The position numbers and the translations under genes are program-made. From the NCBI RefSeq assembly GCF_006345805.1, contig NC_043017.1, forward strand, positions 21,204,001-21,268,000: 64,000 bases of DNA, given 5' to 3'. Under the pieces are notes generated by a model, which saw nothing but the letters and a program-made list of their open reading frames with translations, searched no databases and was not told where the DNA came from. Origin of the DNA: Octopus sinensis. Its lineage: Eukaryota. Positions 1-12,434 of this stretch are shown piece after piece. Within the stretch, counting starts at the first letter, position 1, and every line of letters starts with the position of its first letter.

Positions 1-249
1 AGGAGAGGGAGAGAGGGAGAGAGAAGGCAGGCAATTGTGTCTCCTCTGTGGATCTACTTGGTCTGCCTCAGGCCATAGATCTCGATTGATTTGACTGAAA
101 TCACTCTCTTTAATCACCAATTCTCTTTGACTAGATTTATTTTGACTCCAAACTTTTGCAGATTCCTCACAGCTTTTGTGGCAGTGAAAAATTTGGTAAC
201 AGAATCAAAGAAATAATATCAGCTGTGTATGATGGATGTGGAGATTAGC

Positions 250-1480
250 TGAGCTGGTGCTTTTTATATATATATGGCTGTGTGTGTGTGAGTGAATGTC
301 TGTGAGTATGCATGTATGTGTGTGTGTGTCTGAGTAAGTGTATGTGTGTGTGTAAGAAAGTAAGAGAGAGAGAGTGTGTGTGTGTGTGAGTATATGTATG
401 TGTGGGAGAGTGTGTGTGCATGTGGGGGAGAGAGAGAAAGTATGAGAGAGTGTGTGTGAGTGTGCATGTATGTGTCTGAGTAAGCATGTGTGTGTGTGTA
501 AGAAAGTAAGAGAGAGTGTGTGTGTGTGAGTATGTGTATATGTGTGTGTGGGAGAGAGAGAAAGTATGAGAGAGTGTGTGTGTGAGTAAGCATGTATGTG
601 TGTGTCTAATTAAGCATGTGTGTATGTGAGAGAGAAAGAGAGAGAATAAGTAGAGTGTGTGTGTGTGTCTGTGTGTAAGTGTGTGTGTGAATGTGCATGC
701 ATGTGTGTATGATAGAGTGTGTGTGTGTGTCTGAGTATGTGTGTCTGGGTATGCTTGTTTGTGTGTGTGTGAGTATGCATATATGTGTGTGTGAGAGAGT
801 GTGTGTGTGTATGTATCTGAGTATGCGTGTGTGTGAGAGAGAAAGCGAGAGTGAGAGTGTGTGTGTGTGTGAGTGAGAGAAAGTGTGTATTTGCTTATGT
901 GCAAGTATGTTTGTGTGCATGTATGCGTGTGTGAGAGACAAAGTGTGTGTGTTTGTTCATATACAGGTATGTTTTAGTGTGTGTGTGTGCAAGAGTTTGT
1001 GTGTGAGTATTTGTTGAAGTGTAAGTATGTGTATGTGCAAATGGGTGTGAAAGAGAGTGTGTGATGTGTATGTGAGAGAGTGTGTGTGTGTGTTTGCGCG
1101 AATATTTGTTAATGCGTCTAAGTACATTTGCGTTTGTGTGTGTGCATAAAATGTGCATGTGTGCATAAGAGAGAGAGAGAGAGTGAATATGTGTGTGTGA
1201 GTTGTATGCATGCAACGCATGTGTATGTGCTTGTATGCAGGCATGTGTGTGCATATGCATGCTTGCACCTGTGTAGATTCCTACCTGTGTATGCCTGTGT
1301 ATGTATGCATGTAGTTTTGTGTGCATATGTATGTGCACCCATGTGCACCACGTCTCTGTCCATGTAGGTTTGTGTGTGAATGCATGTATAAGAACATATG
1401 CATGTGACCATGAGAATATGCTTACATATGTGCGTGTGTATGCATGTGTGTGTGTGTGTGTATGTGTGTCTATATATACT
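250..1480. repeat. Compound (GT)n/(GA)n microsatellite block with local internal duplication
   Basis: Continuous GT/GA dinucleotide runs; the unit 'gtaagaaagtaagagagag...gagagagaaagtatgagagag' occurs twice (~350-460 and ~500-580). Confidence 0.95.
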
Positions 1481-1669
1481 TGTGTGCTTATGTGGTGTGG
1501 CTGGCATGGTTGGGTATGTAGGGTGGAATTCCTCGGCTGTTATTTATTTATCTTTTTGGCCCGTTTTTTCGTTACCCTTTCTATTAATTCCAGCAAACCT
1601 ATTATTATAGGGATTACTTCTATTTTGGGTCTCCATATTTTAGATATCTGTATTTTTATACCTTTGTAG

Positions 1670-1880
1670 GTGTATATATATGTGTGTGTGTGTGTATATA
1701 TGTATATATATAAAACAAGGGAGTGAGAGGGATAGCTACTACATAGATATAGATAGCTATGATATAGACAGTTATACATATTATGTCTATAAACACACAC
1801 ATAAATATGGAAAGCTAGAGAAGGAAAAAGAAAGAGGTACATAGTAGATGTAGATATATATATAATTCTCCCCTCTCTCT

Positions 1881-1919
<39 letters not shown>

Positions 1920-2270
1920 CATACAACACACACATACATATATATTCGTACATATATATATATATATACATACGTACACAGACACATATATCCATACATA
2001 TATATATATATATATTATATATATATATATACACACACAGATATAGATATACACACACATATATATATATACATACATACACATAGACATACATATACAT
2101 ACGTATATATTTATTTATATATATAAATACATAGATACACACAGCCGTAAATATACATATATATATATATATATATATACACATACATATGCATTCATAC
2201 ATATATATACATACACGCAACACACACACACGCACACACAGATACACACACACAGAAACACACGAAGTTC
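1670..2270. repeat. (TA)n/(CA)n microsatellite block
   Basis: Dinucleotide runs seen directly. Confidence 0.9.
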
Positions 2271-2544
2271 CTTAAAAGCTTATATTTGGATCTGCTGCAT
2301 TGGAAATATCTATTACCAGACATTTTTATTTTGCTTTTGTTTCTGGCTTCTTGGAAGAAACAAAACAACAACAACAACAACAACATCAATAATATAATAA
2401 CAACAATAATAACAGCGACAGCAACAACAACAATACAGCTCTTTTTCGTTTTGCTCTTTTTCAATTCCTTGCCATATTCTAGATTATGGTCACCTTGTCC
2501 TTTACCAAAAACATACTGTGATGTGTATTATATAAGTATATATA

Positions 2545-2712
2545 ATTATAGCAGCAGAGAATTGTCAGAGTTTGAAGAATGTCAGGAAAATTACCATGGA
2601 GCATTGGTTTTGAATCCCTGCATGCCTTGTTCAAGTCTCACTATGGCCAAAGTTGCCTTTTATCATTCTGAGCTTGGATAAAATATGGTACCAGTTATAT
2701 ACTGGTGTCACT
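2545..2712 (+). mobile_element. Diverged SINE family B fragment
   Basis: 'ggccaaagttgccttttatcattctgagcttggataaaatatggtaccagttatatactggtgtca' aligns by eye to the family B core. Confidence 0.5.
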
Positions 2713-2825
2713 TCTCTCCCTCAGCCTGCCAGTCTCTCTCTTTCACTGTCTGTCAATCATTCTTTCTGTCTTTATCTTCTGTCAGTCTCTCTCTTTTTCT
2801 ATCTATCAATCTCTCTCGTTCTCTT

Positions 2826-2859
<34 letters not shown>

Positions 2860-2916
2860 AGAATTGGTTAACTTTCGCCTTAAGATCAGTTGTAGAAGAG
2901 TACTTAGAGAAATATA

Positions 2917-3313
2917 GGCGCAGGAGTGGCTGTGTGGTAAGTAGCTTGTTTACCAATCACATGGTTCTGGGTTCAGTCCCACTGCATGGCACCTTGGGCA
3001 AGTGTCTTCTACTATAGCCTCGGGCCGACCAAAGCCTTGTGAGTGGATTTGGTAGATGGAAACTGAAAGAAGCCCATATATATATATGTGTGCGTGTATG
3101 TTAGTGTGTCTGTGTTTGTCCCCCTAGCATTGCTTGACAACCGATACTGGTGTGTTTATGTCCCCGTCACTTCGCGGTTCAGCAAAAGATACCAATAGAA
3201 TAAGTACTGGGCTTACAAAGAATAAGTCCTGGGGTCGAGTTGCTCGATTAAAAGCGGTGCTCCAGCATGGCCACAGTCAAATGACTGAAACAAGTAAAAG
3301 AGTAAAGAGAGAG
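2917..3313 (+). mobile_element. tRNA-derived SINE family A, full length (~400 bp)
   Basis: Head GGCGCAGGAGTGGCTGTGTGGTAAG (A box), GGTTCAGTCCC (B-box-like), CORE-like 'accttgggcaagt', internal (TA/TG)n, 3' end 'ctgaaacaagtaaaagagtaaa'; more than 20 related copies in the window. Confidence 0.9.
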
Positions 3314-3534
3314 AGTAAGTGCTGTGTGTTGGGACTAGCTACCACTCCTTGTAGACAAAAATAAAAATAGAAATGCTAATTTATTTCTGGAAAAATCTAA
3401 AACAATAAAAATATTTCGCAAAGTTGTTGGATGATGAAATTAGTTGAAAGTCATCCAAATGTCACTGAGACAAGTGTTAAGGTTCTTTATGAAAATATTT
3501 CTTTAAGAATAAGGAGGTCTCCATCCACACCATA

Positions 3535-3907
3535 CTGGCAGTAGCACGTACTAAACAGTAATTGATCCAATCAATGGAACAGCATGCTCATGAAATTAAA
3601 ATTCAAGTGGCTGAGCACTCCACAGACATGTGTACCCTTAACGTAGTTCTAAGCGAGATTCAGCGTGACACAGAGTGTGACAAGGCTGGCCCTTTGAATT
3701 ACAGGCACAACAGAAACTGGAAGAAAGAGTGAGAGAAAGTTGTGGTGAAAGAGTACAGCAGGGTCTGCCACCAACCCTTGCCTGATCCTCGGGGATCTTT
3801 AGGTGTTTTCCCTCAATAAATACTCACAATGTCTGGTCTGGGAATCAAAACTACAAACCTATGACTGTGAGTCTGCTGCCCTAAACACTTGGGCCATTGC
3901 AGCTCCA
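3535..3907 (-). mobile_element. tRNA-derived SINE, D head + tail X
   Basis: Reverse complement aligns along its length to the TSD-flanked copy at 30188-30572. Confidence 0.85.
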
Positions 3908-4006
3908 CACCAAACAATAACAATAAGAGAGAATGTATCTTAAGGAGATGAATGGAAGGAAATAATTATTTACCATAGTTGAAGGTATAAAAGACACATG
4001 ATTACA

Positions 4007-4438
4007 GGTGCAGGTAGGGCTGTTTGGTGAAAAGTTTGCTTCCCAACCACATGGTCTTGGGTTCAACCTCACTGTGTGGCACCTTGGGCAAGTATCTCTG
4101 AGGCTAACCAACATCTTGTGAGAAAAATTATTCAATATAATGAAACTGAGAGAAGCTCATTGTATATATGTATATATGTGTGTGTGTGTGCGTGTGTGCC
4201 ATTGTTTCTCTGTGCAGGTGTGCCACTGTGTCTTCCCAACCACCACTTAACAGCAGGTGTTATTTACATCCCTGTAACTTAGCGGTTCAACTAAACAGAC
4301 TGATAAAATAAGTACTAGACATTATAAAAAAAAAAAAAACAGTAAATACTGGGATTGATCCATTCGACTACAATTCTTGAAGGCAGTGCCCCAGCATGGC
4401 CACAACCTAATGACAGAAACAAGTAAAGGACAAAAGAT
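4007..4438 (+). mobile_element. SINE family A, diverged full length
   Basis: Colinear with 2917-3313. Confidence 0.8.
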
Positions 4439-4660
4439 ATTAGATGCACCTTAATTTCATCGGCGCATATTCAGGATTTTCAGGTATTAAAGCATGTGAT
4501 GAAGGTTCAACCTTTCAGATAGGACCCAGGAGGGGTTTTCTTTGAGACAAGATTTTGAGAATGTGTCTGAGAACACTATTAAATACAGTAAATGTTTCAA
4601 CCCCATCTTTTCCTCCTCCTCCTCCTCTTCCCTTCGTTTTTTCTGTCTTGTGATCTTCAG

Positions 4661-4802
4661 ATTTTCAACAACACACATCACTTCATTTTTATTCTTCTAA
4701 TACCCGAATAATTTAGTCAGCCGTAAGAAGTTCCTTTTGAGAAAAGGATTAGGAAATGAAAATCAAAACAGAAACATCATTGTTTCCTTCTAGAAGTTTA
4801 AG
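4661..4802 (+). other. Candidate exon (5'UTR or first coding exon), unidentified gene
   Basis: Acceptor 'cgttttttctgtcttgtgatcttcag|', donor 'AAG|gtaatt'; stops in all frames in the 5' half; ATG at 4756 gives MKIKTETSLFPSRSL, ending in phase 2. Confidence 0.3.
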
Positions 4803-5244
4803 GTAATTTAATGTATGTTTGTTTTTTTTGTTTTTTTGAAAAATCATCTTTAGATTAACATTGGGTATTTTTGAAAATAAAGTTGAATTCTTTAAAATTT
4901 TGTTTTCGTGTTTATATAATTTTCTTGTAATATCTGTGTTTGTGTGTGTGTGTGTGTGTGTTGAATGGATGGGAATTGTCTTTGAGCATTATTTGAATGC
5001 AGACAAACATTTATATATTCATTTATTCTCTTAAATAATGTTATTCTAAGCAAAGAATTCCCTGAAGGTATCTTTTCTGAATTTCTGGCTCTTCTGTTCT
5101 AAAGAACTGTTTATCTTTTTTTATGTCTGTTTTGCACAATATTTTGCTATTAGCATATATCATTTGATATATGTGTACATGTATACGCGTATATGTGTAT
5201 GTGTGTGTGTACGAGTATGTATGTATGTGTGAGTTACATTTATT

Positions 5245-5440
5245 TATTGGCTTCAGTCGTTAGATTGTGGCCATGCTCGGGTACTATCATGAAGAATTTT
5301 AGTTGAAAAAATGTTCAAGTAAGGTTGTCATTCTATCCTTCCCTATTGCCAAACCACTAAGTCAAAGGGACATAAACAAACCAGCACTGGCTGTGAAGTA
5401 GTGGGAAAGAAGAGAAACACAGCAACAAAGACACTCACAC
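5245..5440 (-). mobile_element. SINE family A, 3' part, diverged
   Basis: 'cttcagtcgttagattgtggccatgctc...cataaacaaaccagcactgg' matches the reverse complement of the A 3' half. Confidence 0.65.
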
Positions 5441-5479
5441 ATTAATTTATATATATGGAAACTGTGTGGAAACTTACCA

Positions 5480-5855
5480 TATATATATATATAGATAAAC
5501 ATAATAAAATAGGGTAATAATAATAAATTATTATTACCAGTGGTCTAGCACAAAAGATGAATTAGTCCTTAGATTATATTTTATTCATATAGAAATACAA
5601 TAAGAGGCTTCCAAATAAAAAGTTAAGATTTTACAAACCGTTAGATCTACATGTGGTTCTAACAGTCTGTGCATCAGGATTATGAAGGCTATCCCACTGA
5701 AGAAACTGGCCTTGGCAAATATATTTTGTTTGTTTGTGAAAATAGTTAGAAACCGTCGGTCTGGGATATAGTTGAGATGGTAAATGTTTTTAATTTTCAT
5801 TCCTTTCATGAATTTATCCCTTTTTGTGTTCTAGCACAACGCTTCCTTATTGTAT
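5480..5855. mobile_element. Penelope-like-type non-coding repeat (family G) in (TA)n
   Basis: Shares 'gaaatacaataagaggcttccaaata' and 'aaaggaatgaaaattaaaaac.tttaccatctcaa.tat.tcccagacc' with 43780-43972; contains a hammerhead-like motif. The PLE assignment is inference. Confidence 0.5.
5691..5767 (+). ncRNA. Minimal type-I hammerhead-ribozyme-like motif
   Basis: AUCCCA-CUGAAGA-AACU..(loop)..AGUU-A-GAA-ACC-GUC-GGU-C|UGGGAU: 6-bp stem I, intact core, GUC cleavage triplet; stem II lacks the canonical G10.1-C11.1 pair. Confidence 0.6.
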
Positions 5856-6150
5856 ATATATATAGATAGAGAGATAGATAGATACTATTGCCCAGGTGTC
5901 AAAAACATAGTGATATGTGTTTGGCAGCCGATGATCAGTATGCATATCTGTTATGCTTGTTTGTGAACTTTTACATCTTTGTCTCCTTATTCTGAATTGT
6001 TCTTCATTCGAGTAAAGTGGAGCGGGTTTGTGGATACATTTAAAAGTCAACGCCATGTGCACCTTCATGATTCTATGACCACCCAAACACACACACACAC
6101 ACTCAGATATGAGAGTCGAGCTGAAAGCAATTCAAAACTACACATCTCTC

Positions 6151-6557
6151 TTTCTCTTTTACTTGTTTCAGTCATTTGATTGCGACCATGCTGGAGCACC
6201 ACCTTCAGTCGAACAAATCAACCCCGGGACTTTTTCTTTGTAAGCCCAGTACTTATTCTATCAGTCTCTTTTGCTGAACCGCTAAGTGACAGGGACGTAA
6301 ACACACCAGCATCAGTTGTGAAGCAATGCTAGGGGGACAAACACAGACACATAAACATACACACACATACATATATATATTTATACATATATACAACAGG
6401 CTTCTTTCAGTTTCCATCTACCAAATCCACTCACAAGGCATTGGTCGGCCCGAGGCTATAGCAGAAGACACTTGCCCATGATGCCACACAGTGGGAACTG
6501 AACCTGGAACCATGTGGTTGGTAAGCAAGCTACTTACCACACAGCCACTCCTGTGCC
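6151..6557 (-). mobile_element. SINE family A, full length
   Basis: Reverse complement colinear with 2917-3313. Confidence 0.9.
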
Positions 6558-6849
6558 TAACTATTTTTTTTTATTAACTAACAACACAATTCATTCCAAA
6601 GGTACATTTTGGTGGAATTTTGGTGGAATGTCTCTACCTTTGTAGTAAGTCATCTTCCTGATCTTTATTGCAGGCAAATGAATTATTAAAAAGAACACAC
6701 ACAAGATACCTTGCTCTTCTTCGTTCTCTCATAAACTTTACTCCTATGCCTCTTCCCCCCTATTTCCCCACCTTTCCTCCCTTTCTATGTCTATGGCAGC
6801 TACAATAAACCACAAGTCATGGCACTATCTTCGTTGCAAATTCTTCATA

Positions 6850-7550
6850 TTTCTGTAATATATTCCATGTCTGTCTGTCTGTCTGTCTGTCTGACTGTTA
6901 TTCTGTCCATCTGTCTGTCTGTCTGTCAGTTTGTTTCTTGTTCTCTTCCCCCCACCCCCACCCACACCCCTACGATAACTCATCTTCTTGCTGTAATACA
7001 TCATATAATCACATAAAATGCATCGCAGCCGAGAGAGGGGGGGTGAGGGAGAGGGGAAAGACTGGGTGGATGGAGGGGGAGCGAGGGAGAGAAAGAGAGA
7101 GAGAAGCAGCATGAAAGCGAGTGAGTGAGAGAGAGAGAATAAGTGAGAGCAAGAGAGAGAGAGAGGGAGGACAAGAGAGAATAAGAATAAAAGAGAGAAA
7201 GAGAGCAAGAAAGAGTGAGAGAACAAGTGAAAGAGAAAGAGAGTGAGTAAGAGCAAGAGAGGGAGATAGAGTGAGAGCCTGAGAAAGTGAGAAAGAGAAA
7301 GAGCATATGAGAGAGGGAAGACAAGAGAGAATAAGAATAAAAGAGAGAAAGAGAGCAAGAGAGAATGAGAGAGCGAGTGAGAGTGTAAAAGAAAGAGTAA
7401 AAAGGGAGAGCAAGAGTGAAAAGGGAGAGCAAGAGGGAAAAGGGAGAGCAAGAGAGAAGTGGGGAACAGGTGGAGGATGGCAGGTATTAACAACACCACA
7501 AGTAACATGGGAAGAGAAAGAAAGAAAGAAAGAAAGAAAGAAAGGAAAAA
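6850..7550. repeat. (GTCT)n and GA-rich low-complexity block with internal duplication
   Basis: 'gacaagagagaataagaataaaagagagaaagagagcaaga' occurs at ~7170 and ~7320. Confidence 0.85.
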
Positions 7551-7679
7551 GAAAGACTGAAGGAAGAAGCTGTAAATTTGTAACCACCCTGGACCTCCCC
7601 CTCAGACAACCATAAAGCTCCACAAACACCCACAAAAAGCAAAAAAATTAATAAGAAAATGAAAAAAAAAATTATAAAA

Positions 7680-8350
7680 TAAAGGAGGAGGAGGAGGAGG
7701 AGGAGTATATCAAAGTAGTAGGAGGGTAGTTGTTATTGTGATGGTGTTGGTGGTGGTGGTGGTGGTTGTGGCGGCACAAATCTGCATAGGAGGAGGTGGT
7801 TGTACTGGTGAGGGTGGTGGAAATGTTGGTGGTGGTGGTGTTAGTGGTAATGGTGGCGGTAGTGCTGGAGATAATGATAGGGTAAGAAATGGTGGTGGTG
7901 ATGGTGATGGTTATGGTAGTGGGGTGGTGGTGGTGGTGGTGGTGGCAGTGTTTGAGATGGTTGTTGTCGTGGTGATAGTGGTGGTGGTGATGGTTATGGT
8001 AGTGGAGTGTTGGTGGTGGTAGTGGTGGCAGTGTTTGAGATGGTTGTCGTGGTGATGGCGATGGTTATGGTAGTGGGGTGTTGGTGGTGGTAGTGCTGGT
8101 GGTGGTGGCAGTGTTTGAGATGGTTGTCATGGTGGTGGTCAGTGGTGGTGGTCTGGTGGTCAGCAGTAGTGCTGGTGATGATGAGGGTGTTAGAAATGTT
8201 GGTGGTGGTGGTGATGGATATGGTTGGCATGGTGGTAGTGTTGGTGGTGGAAATAGTTATGGTGACGAGGGTGGCGGTGAGGATAGTAATGTTGATGGTC
8301 TTGTTGTTGTTGTCATTATTTCTAATGGTTACCATTGCGGTTGTTGTTGT
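7680..8350. repeat. (GGT)n/(GAT)n trinucleotide low-complexity block
   Basis: Seen directly. Confidence 0.9.
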
Positions 8351-8587
8351 CAGCGTCACCATAGTCATTGTGGAAGGTGACAGATGATAGTCCTAGAAAT
8401 TCCAGTCAGTCAGACAATGGTAAGTAGAAGAGCTATATAATGGCTGGAACCGTCACAAGACTCTGATCTTCATCGTTCAATGTATGTCTTCTTCTGAACA
8501 AGTCAAACCAAAGAGTCTGATTTGGCCAATTTATGCCGGTTTGAACCAGTTTATGACAGTTTATATCACTTTCTAACAGTGTCAATG

Positions 8588-8589
<2 letters not shown>

Positions 8590-8633
<44 letters not shown>

Positions 8634-9125
8634 CACGCGTATGCACACATGTGTGTGTGTATATATATATGAATGTGTGTGTAAGTTTGTTTATACATGC
8701 ATATATATGTAAATATATATGTCTATGTATGTATGTATGTGTATATATATATATATACAACTCGCTCTGAGATTTATCATTATATATATATATATATATA
8801 TATGCATATATATATGTATATATATATGTATATATATATATATGTACGTGTTTGTGTGTATACATACATATAGATGTACATGCGTCAATATATATCTGTG
8901 TGTGTATATATATATATATTTATAGGTATATATGTATATATATGTATGTATATATATATATATATATACATGTTTATGCATGCATATGTGTGTGTGTGTG
9001 TGTGTGTATACAAACATATAAATATATGCATATATGTTTGAACTCTATTTCATCTGATTAGATTGACAGCTGCCGATGGTATGCGGGTGTATGGGGTTAT
9101 GAGTGTGTGTGTGTGTGTGTGTGTG
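8590..9125. repeat. (GT)n/(TA)n microsatellites
   Basis: Seen directly. Confidence 0.9.
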
Positions 9126-9430
9126 GAAAAAGGATGCAGAAAAATGTATCTCCATGGCCTGATAAACATCATGCATACGTATACACTTGCATGCTTTGCA
9201 TGCACACACACACACATTATATGCAGTTGCTCATGTACGGAGATTTAGAGAAACAAGGAGACACGGACAGATGTGAGACATATGAGTGTACAGAAATGGT
9301 AATGAATATGGGAGAGAGGGAGGAAGAGGACGAGAGAGAAAGGAAGAGGAAAAGAGAGAGAGGGAGAGAAAGAGAGGATGGTATTGTGAGGAAGAAAAAT
9401 ATAGAGGATGAACAGAAGGGTTAATGTAAT

Positions 9431-9843
9431 AGGCATGGCTGTGTGGTGAAGAAGCTGGCTTACCAACCACATGGTTCCGGGTTCAGTCCCACTGCGTGGC
9501 ACCCTGGGCAAGTGTCTTCTACTATAGCCCCAGGCCAATCAATCCCTTGTCAGTGGATTTGGCAGATGGAAACTGAAAGAAGCCCATCATATAAATATAT
9601 GTGTGTGTGTGAGTGTATATATATGTGTGTAGTTGTGTTTATTTGTTCCCCAGTCCCCACTTAACAAACAACATCGCTGTGCTTACACCCCCATAACTTA
9701 ATGGTTCAGCGAAAGACCAGTAGAATAAGTACTAAACTTAAAAAATAAGTCCTGGGGGTCAATTTGTTTGACTAAAATCCTTCAAGCCGGTGCTCCAGCA
9801 TGGCCACAGTCAAATGACTGAAACGAATAAGAGAGTAAAAGAA
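9431..9843 (+). mobile_element. SINE family A
   Basis: Colinear with other A copies. Confidence 0.85.
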
Positions 9844-9928
9844 TATACATAAGAATTAAAAGAGATTAAGAATTCCAGGCAGATATCAATAAGGCACTCA
9901 GAGTTATACGAACTTGGCTACCCTGTTT

Positions 9929-10038
9929 CAGTGGTTCCCAACATGGTGGTCCACAAACGTAGTACTAGGATCTATGAACTAAATTCAAAATTTTAAATAA
10001 AAGGTTTGGAAACCATTGTGAAAAGGTTGGGAACCATG
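9929..10038. mobile_element. Short hAT-like MITE
   Basis: Termini CAGTGGTTCCCAAC ... GTTGGGAACCATG (one-base deletion from a perfect TIR); 8-bp TSD not clear. Confidence 0.5.
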
Positions 10039-10061
10039 CCTTTACTGTCAACAACCTTCAC

Positions 10062-10064
10062 CTG

Positions 10065-10095
<31 letters not shown>

Positions 10096-10430
10096 TTAGC
10101 GTCCGCTTTCCATGCTAGCATGGGTAGGACAGTTCCACTGGGGTCTGGGAAGCCAGAAGGCTGCACCAGGCCCAGTCTAATCTGGCAATATTTCTACGGC
10201 TGGATGCCCTTTCTAACACCAACCACTCCGTGAGTGTAGTGGGTGCTTTTTACGTGCCACTGGCACAGGTGCCAGATGGGGCTTTTTACGTGCCACCTGC
10301 ACCTGTAGACATGTAAAATGTTGCTTTCCTTTGGCTGGACACTGTTTTAGAGAAGATTGGACACAAAGGACGCTACTGGCTTGATGCTTTTTAAGAAATA
10401 TCATGTGATGTCAAAGCAGCCAAGATCCAA
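10062..10430 (-). mobile_element. Family C (GAT-tailed, RTE-associated) plus C2-type segment
   Basis: (CAT)n then 'ttagcgtccgctttccatgctagcatggg...ctggatgccct.tctaacaccaaccactccgtgagtgtagtgggtgctttttacgtgccac'. Confidence 0.8.
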
Positions 10431-10439
10431 GCACACACA

Positions 10440-10880
10440 CACATATTCAAATGGTTGTGGTTATTGTATTGTGTGATTGTAATAATGACAATAATAGTTA
10501 TAATAATAGCATCAATAACGATGATGATGATGATGATGATAATAATGATGACAATGAAGAATATTGACATTGAGAACAATAATGGTGGTGAGGGTGATGA
10601 AAATGATGATGAAGTTGATTATGATAACAACGATGAGAAAGGTGATGATGATGATGACAATAAGAATGAAGAATATTGATGGTGATAATAATGCTTGTGA
10701 TGATGATGATGATGACGATGACGATGATGATAAAGACGACGTGAAAAATGATAATGAAAAATATCGATGGTGATGATAATGGTTTGATGATGATGACAAT
10801 GACAAAAATGATGATTAAATTGATGATCATGATAACGGTGACGATCATGGTGATGATGATGATGATGATGATGATATCCC
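10440..10880. repeat. (GAT)n low-complexity block
   Basis: Seen directly. Confidence 0.9.
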
Positions 10881-11293
10881 ATCTAACTAAACATTTCTGA
10901 CTACCAAACCATTTCCCACAAATCCTCTCTTGGCTATACTGAAAATAAATTCTAGACAGATTTATCCTGAAAGATTTACGATACATCTTAATCCCCCCAT
11001 CTCTAAAGTACAACTAAATTACAGCACAGCCATACTGCTTATTTTTTAGTCTATTTATTTATTTATTTTTGTTCTTTTAAGTTTGTTTCTAAGAGCACTG
11101 TGGCCCGAGATCATACTGGAGCACTGCTTTTGTATGCTAGTTATGAAAACAAACAAAAAACAACTACAAAAAGCAAACTTTCTCACCAAAACAACAACAA
11201 TGCTAAAACAATACAAATTAGCAAATAAACAAGAAATGTTAGTCACAAGAATTCATTATTATTATTATTATTATCATTGTTTTTATTATTATT

Positions 11294-11350
<57 letters not shown>

Positions 11351-11611
11351 TTTGCATAATTGAATCTGGAATGGTTGACATTTTGAGGTGCTGAGTGATG
11401 AATGGGGTAGAACTAAGCCGTAAACTGATCTCCAGAACGGTAGTAAAATGGTTACGAATTCATTTAAGGACGATGAGGTAATCACTCGCTTCTCTAATAA
11501 TCATAACAAGCCTGCACTAAAATAATCGAATGTAACCCAAGAGTATGTATGTATATGTGTGCATGTATATACATGCATGCATACATACATATGTATGTGT
11601 ATGAATATGTT

Positions 11612-11652
<41 letters not shown>

Positions 11653-11660
11653 TATATATA

Positions 11661-12068
11661 CAGGGGTTGGCCAATATAATGGAAACACCTAGCATCATAG
11701 CATCATAATTTTGAAATATCTATAAAGCCATCAAAAGCTTGTTTATTTTTATGTTTTTTTGATTTATTATTAGTGTTGCTTAATATGTTTTGTTAAAATT
11801 GCTGTTTCTTTTCAGATATCATCAGAAAAAGGTAATTAAAATTCATTAAAATGACAGATCTATTGGACTTTCAAAGAGATCAAATTGTTGGTGCTCATAT
11901 AGCAGGAACTAGCAAAATGAAAACAGCCGAAATGTTTGGTCTATCAAGAAGTACTGTCTTGAAAGTAATGACAGCCTTTGAGAAAGAGGGAAAAACCTCC
12001 TCATTGAAACAAAACTCTGGAAGAAAACCAAAACTTTCAGATAGGGACCGTTGAACTCTTACACAAAT
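11661..12068 (+). mobile_element. Tc1-like DNA transposon, 5' fragment with transposase N-terminal HTH remnant
   Basis: Starts TA|CAGGGGTTGGCC after (TA)n; ORF 11851-12054 MTDLLDFQRDQIVGAHIAG...FGLSRSTVLKV...SGRKPKLSDRDR is typical of Tc1 paired-like domains; no DDE region or right TIR seen. Confidence 0.8.
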
Positions 12069-12434
12069 ATATATACATACACATATATAATATCATCTGA
12101 GTAATAATGTTATAACAGGCAGTTCAAAGCTTCTCTACAGTCGTTGGTTACCATATGTTATCATACTGTAGGATAACTCCTTTTACTGGATAAACACATG
12201 GAACTTTGTTAGTCTGTGCAGGATTCGTATAAAAATTTATAAAAGAAGATAGAATGAACAGGCTTTAATCACAAATCAATAAAATTAGTATCAGTCAAGT
12301 TCTGAGTTCAATATAACTGATTTACCCCTCCCTTCAAATACTGCTGGCTCTATGTCGAAATTTGAAACCATTATAATGGTTTAAAATTATAATTATAGAT
12401 GACAATAATAATAATTATTATTATTGTCAAGATA

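Noticed and set aside
245-2253. Long His/Thr-rich and Cys/Val-rich ORFs (up to 237 aa), and similar ORFs across the window
   Set aside because: They are translations of (CA)n, (GT)n and (TA)n microsatellites, open in several frames on both strands with no domain content.
8359-8419. Isolated plus-strand donor motifs with short open frames (also near 16377, 16813, 26731, 30769, 53833, 54852, 63915)
   Set aside because: Each lacks either a good acceptor or a good donor; such motifs are expected by chance in 64 kb and form no recognisable protein.
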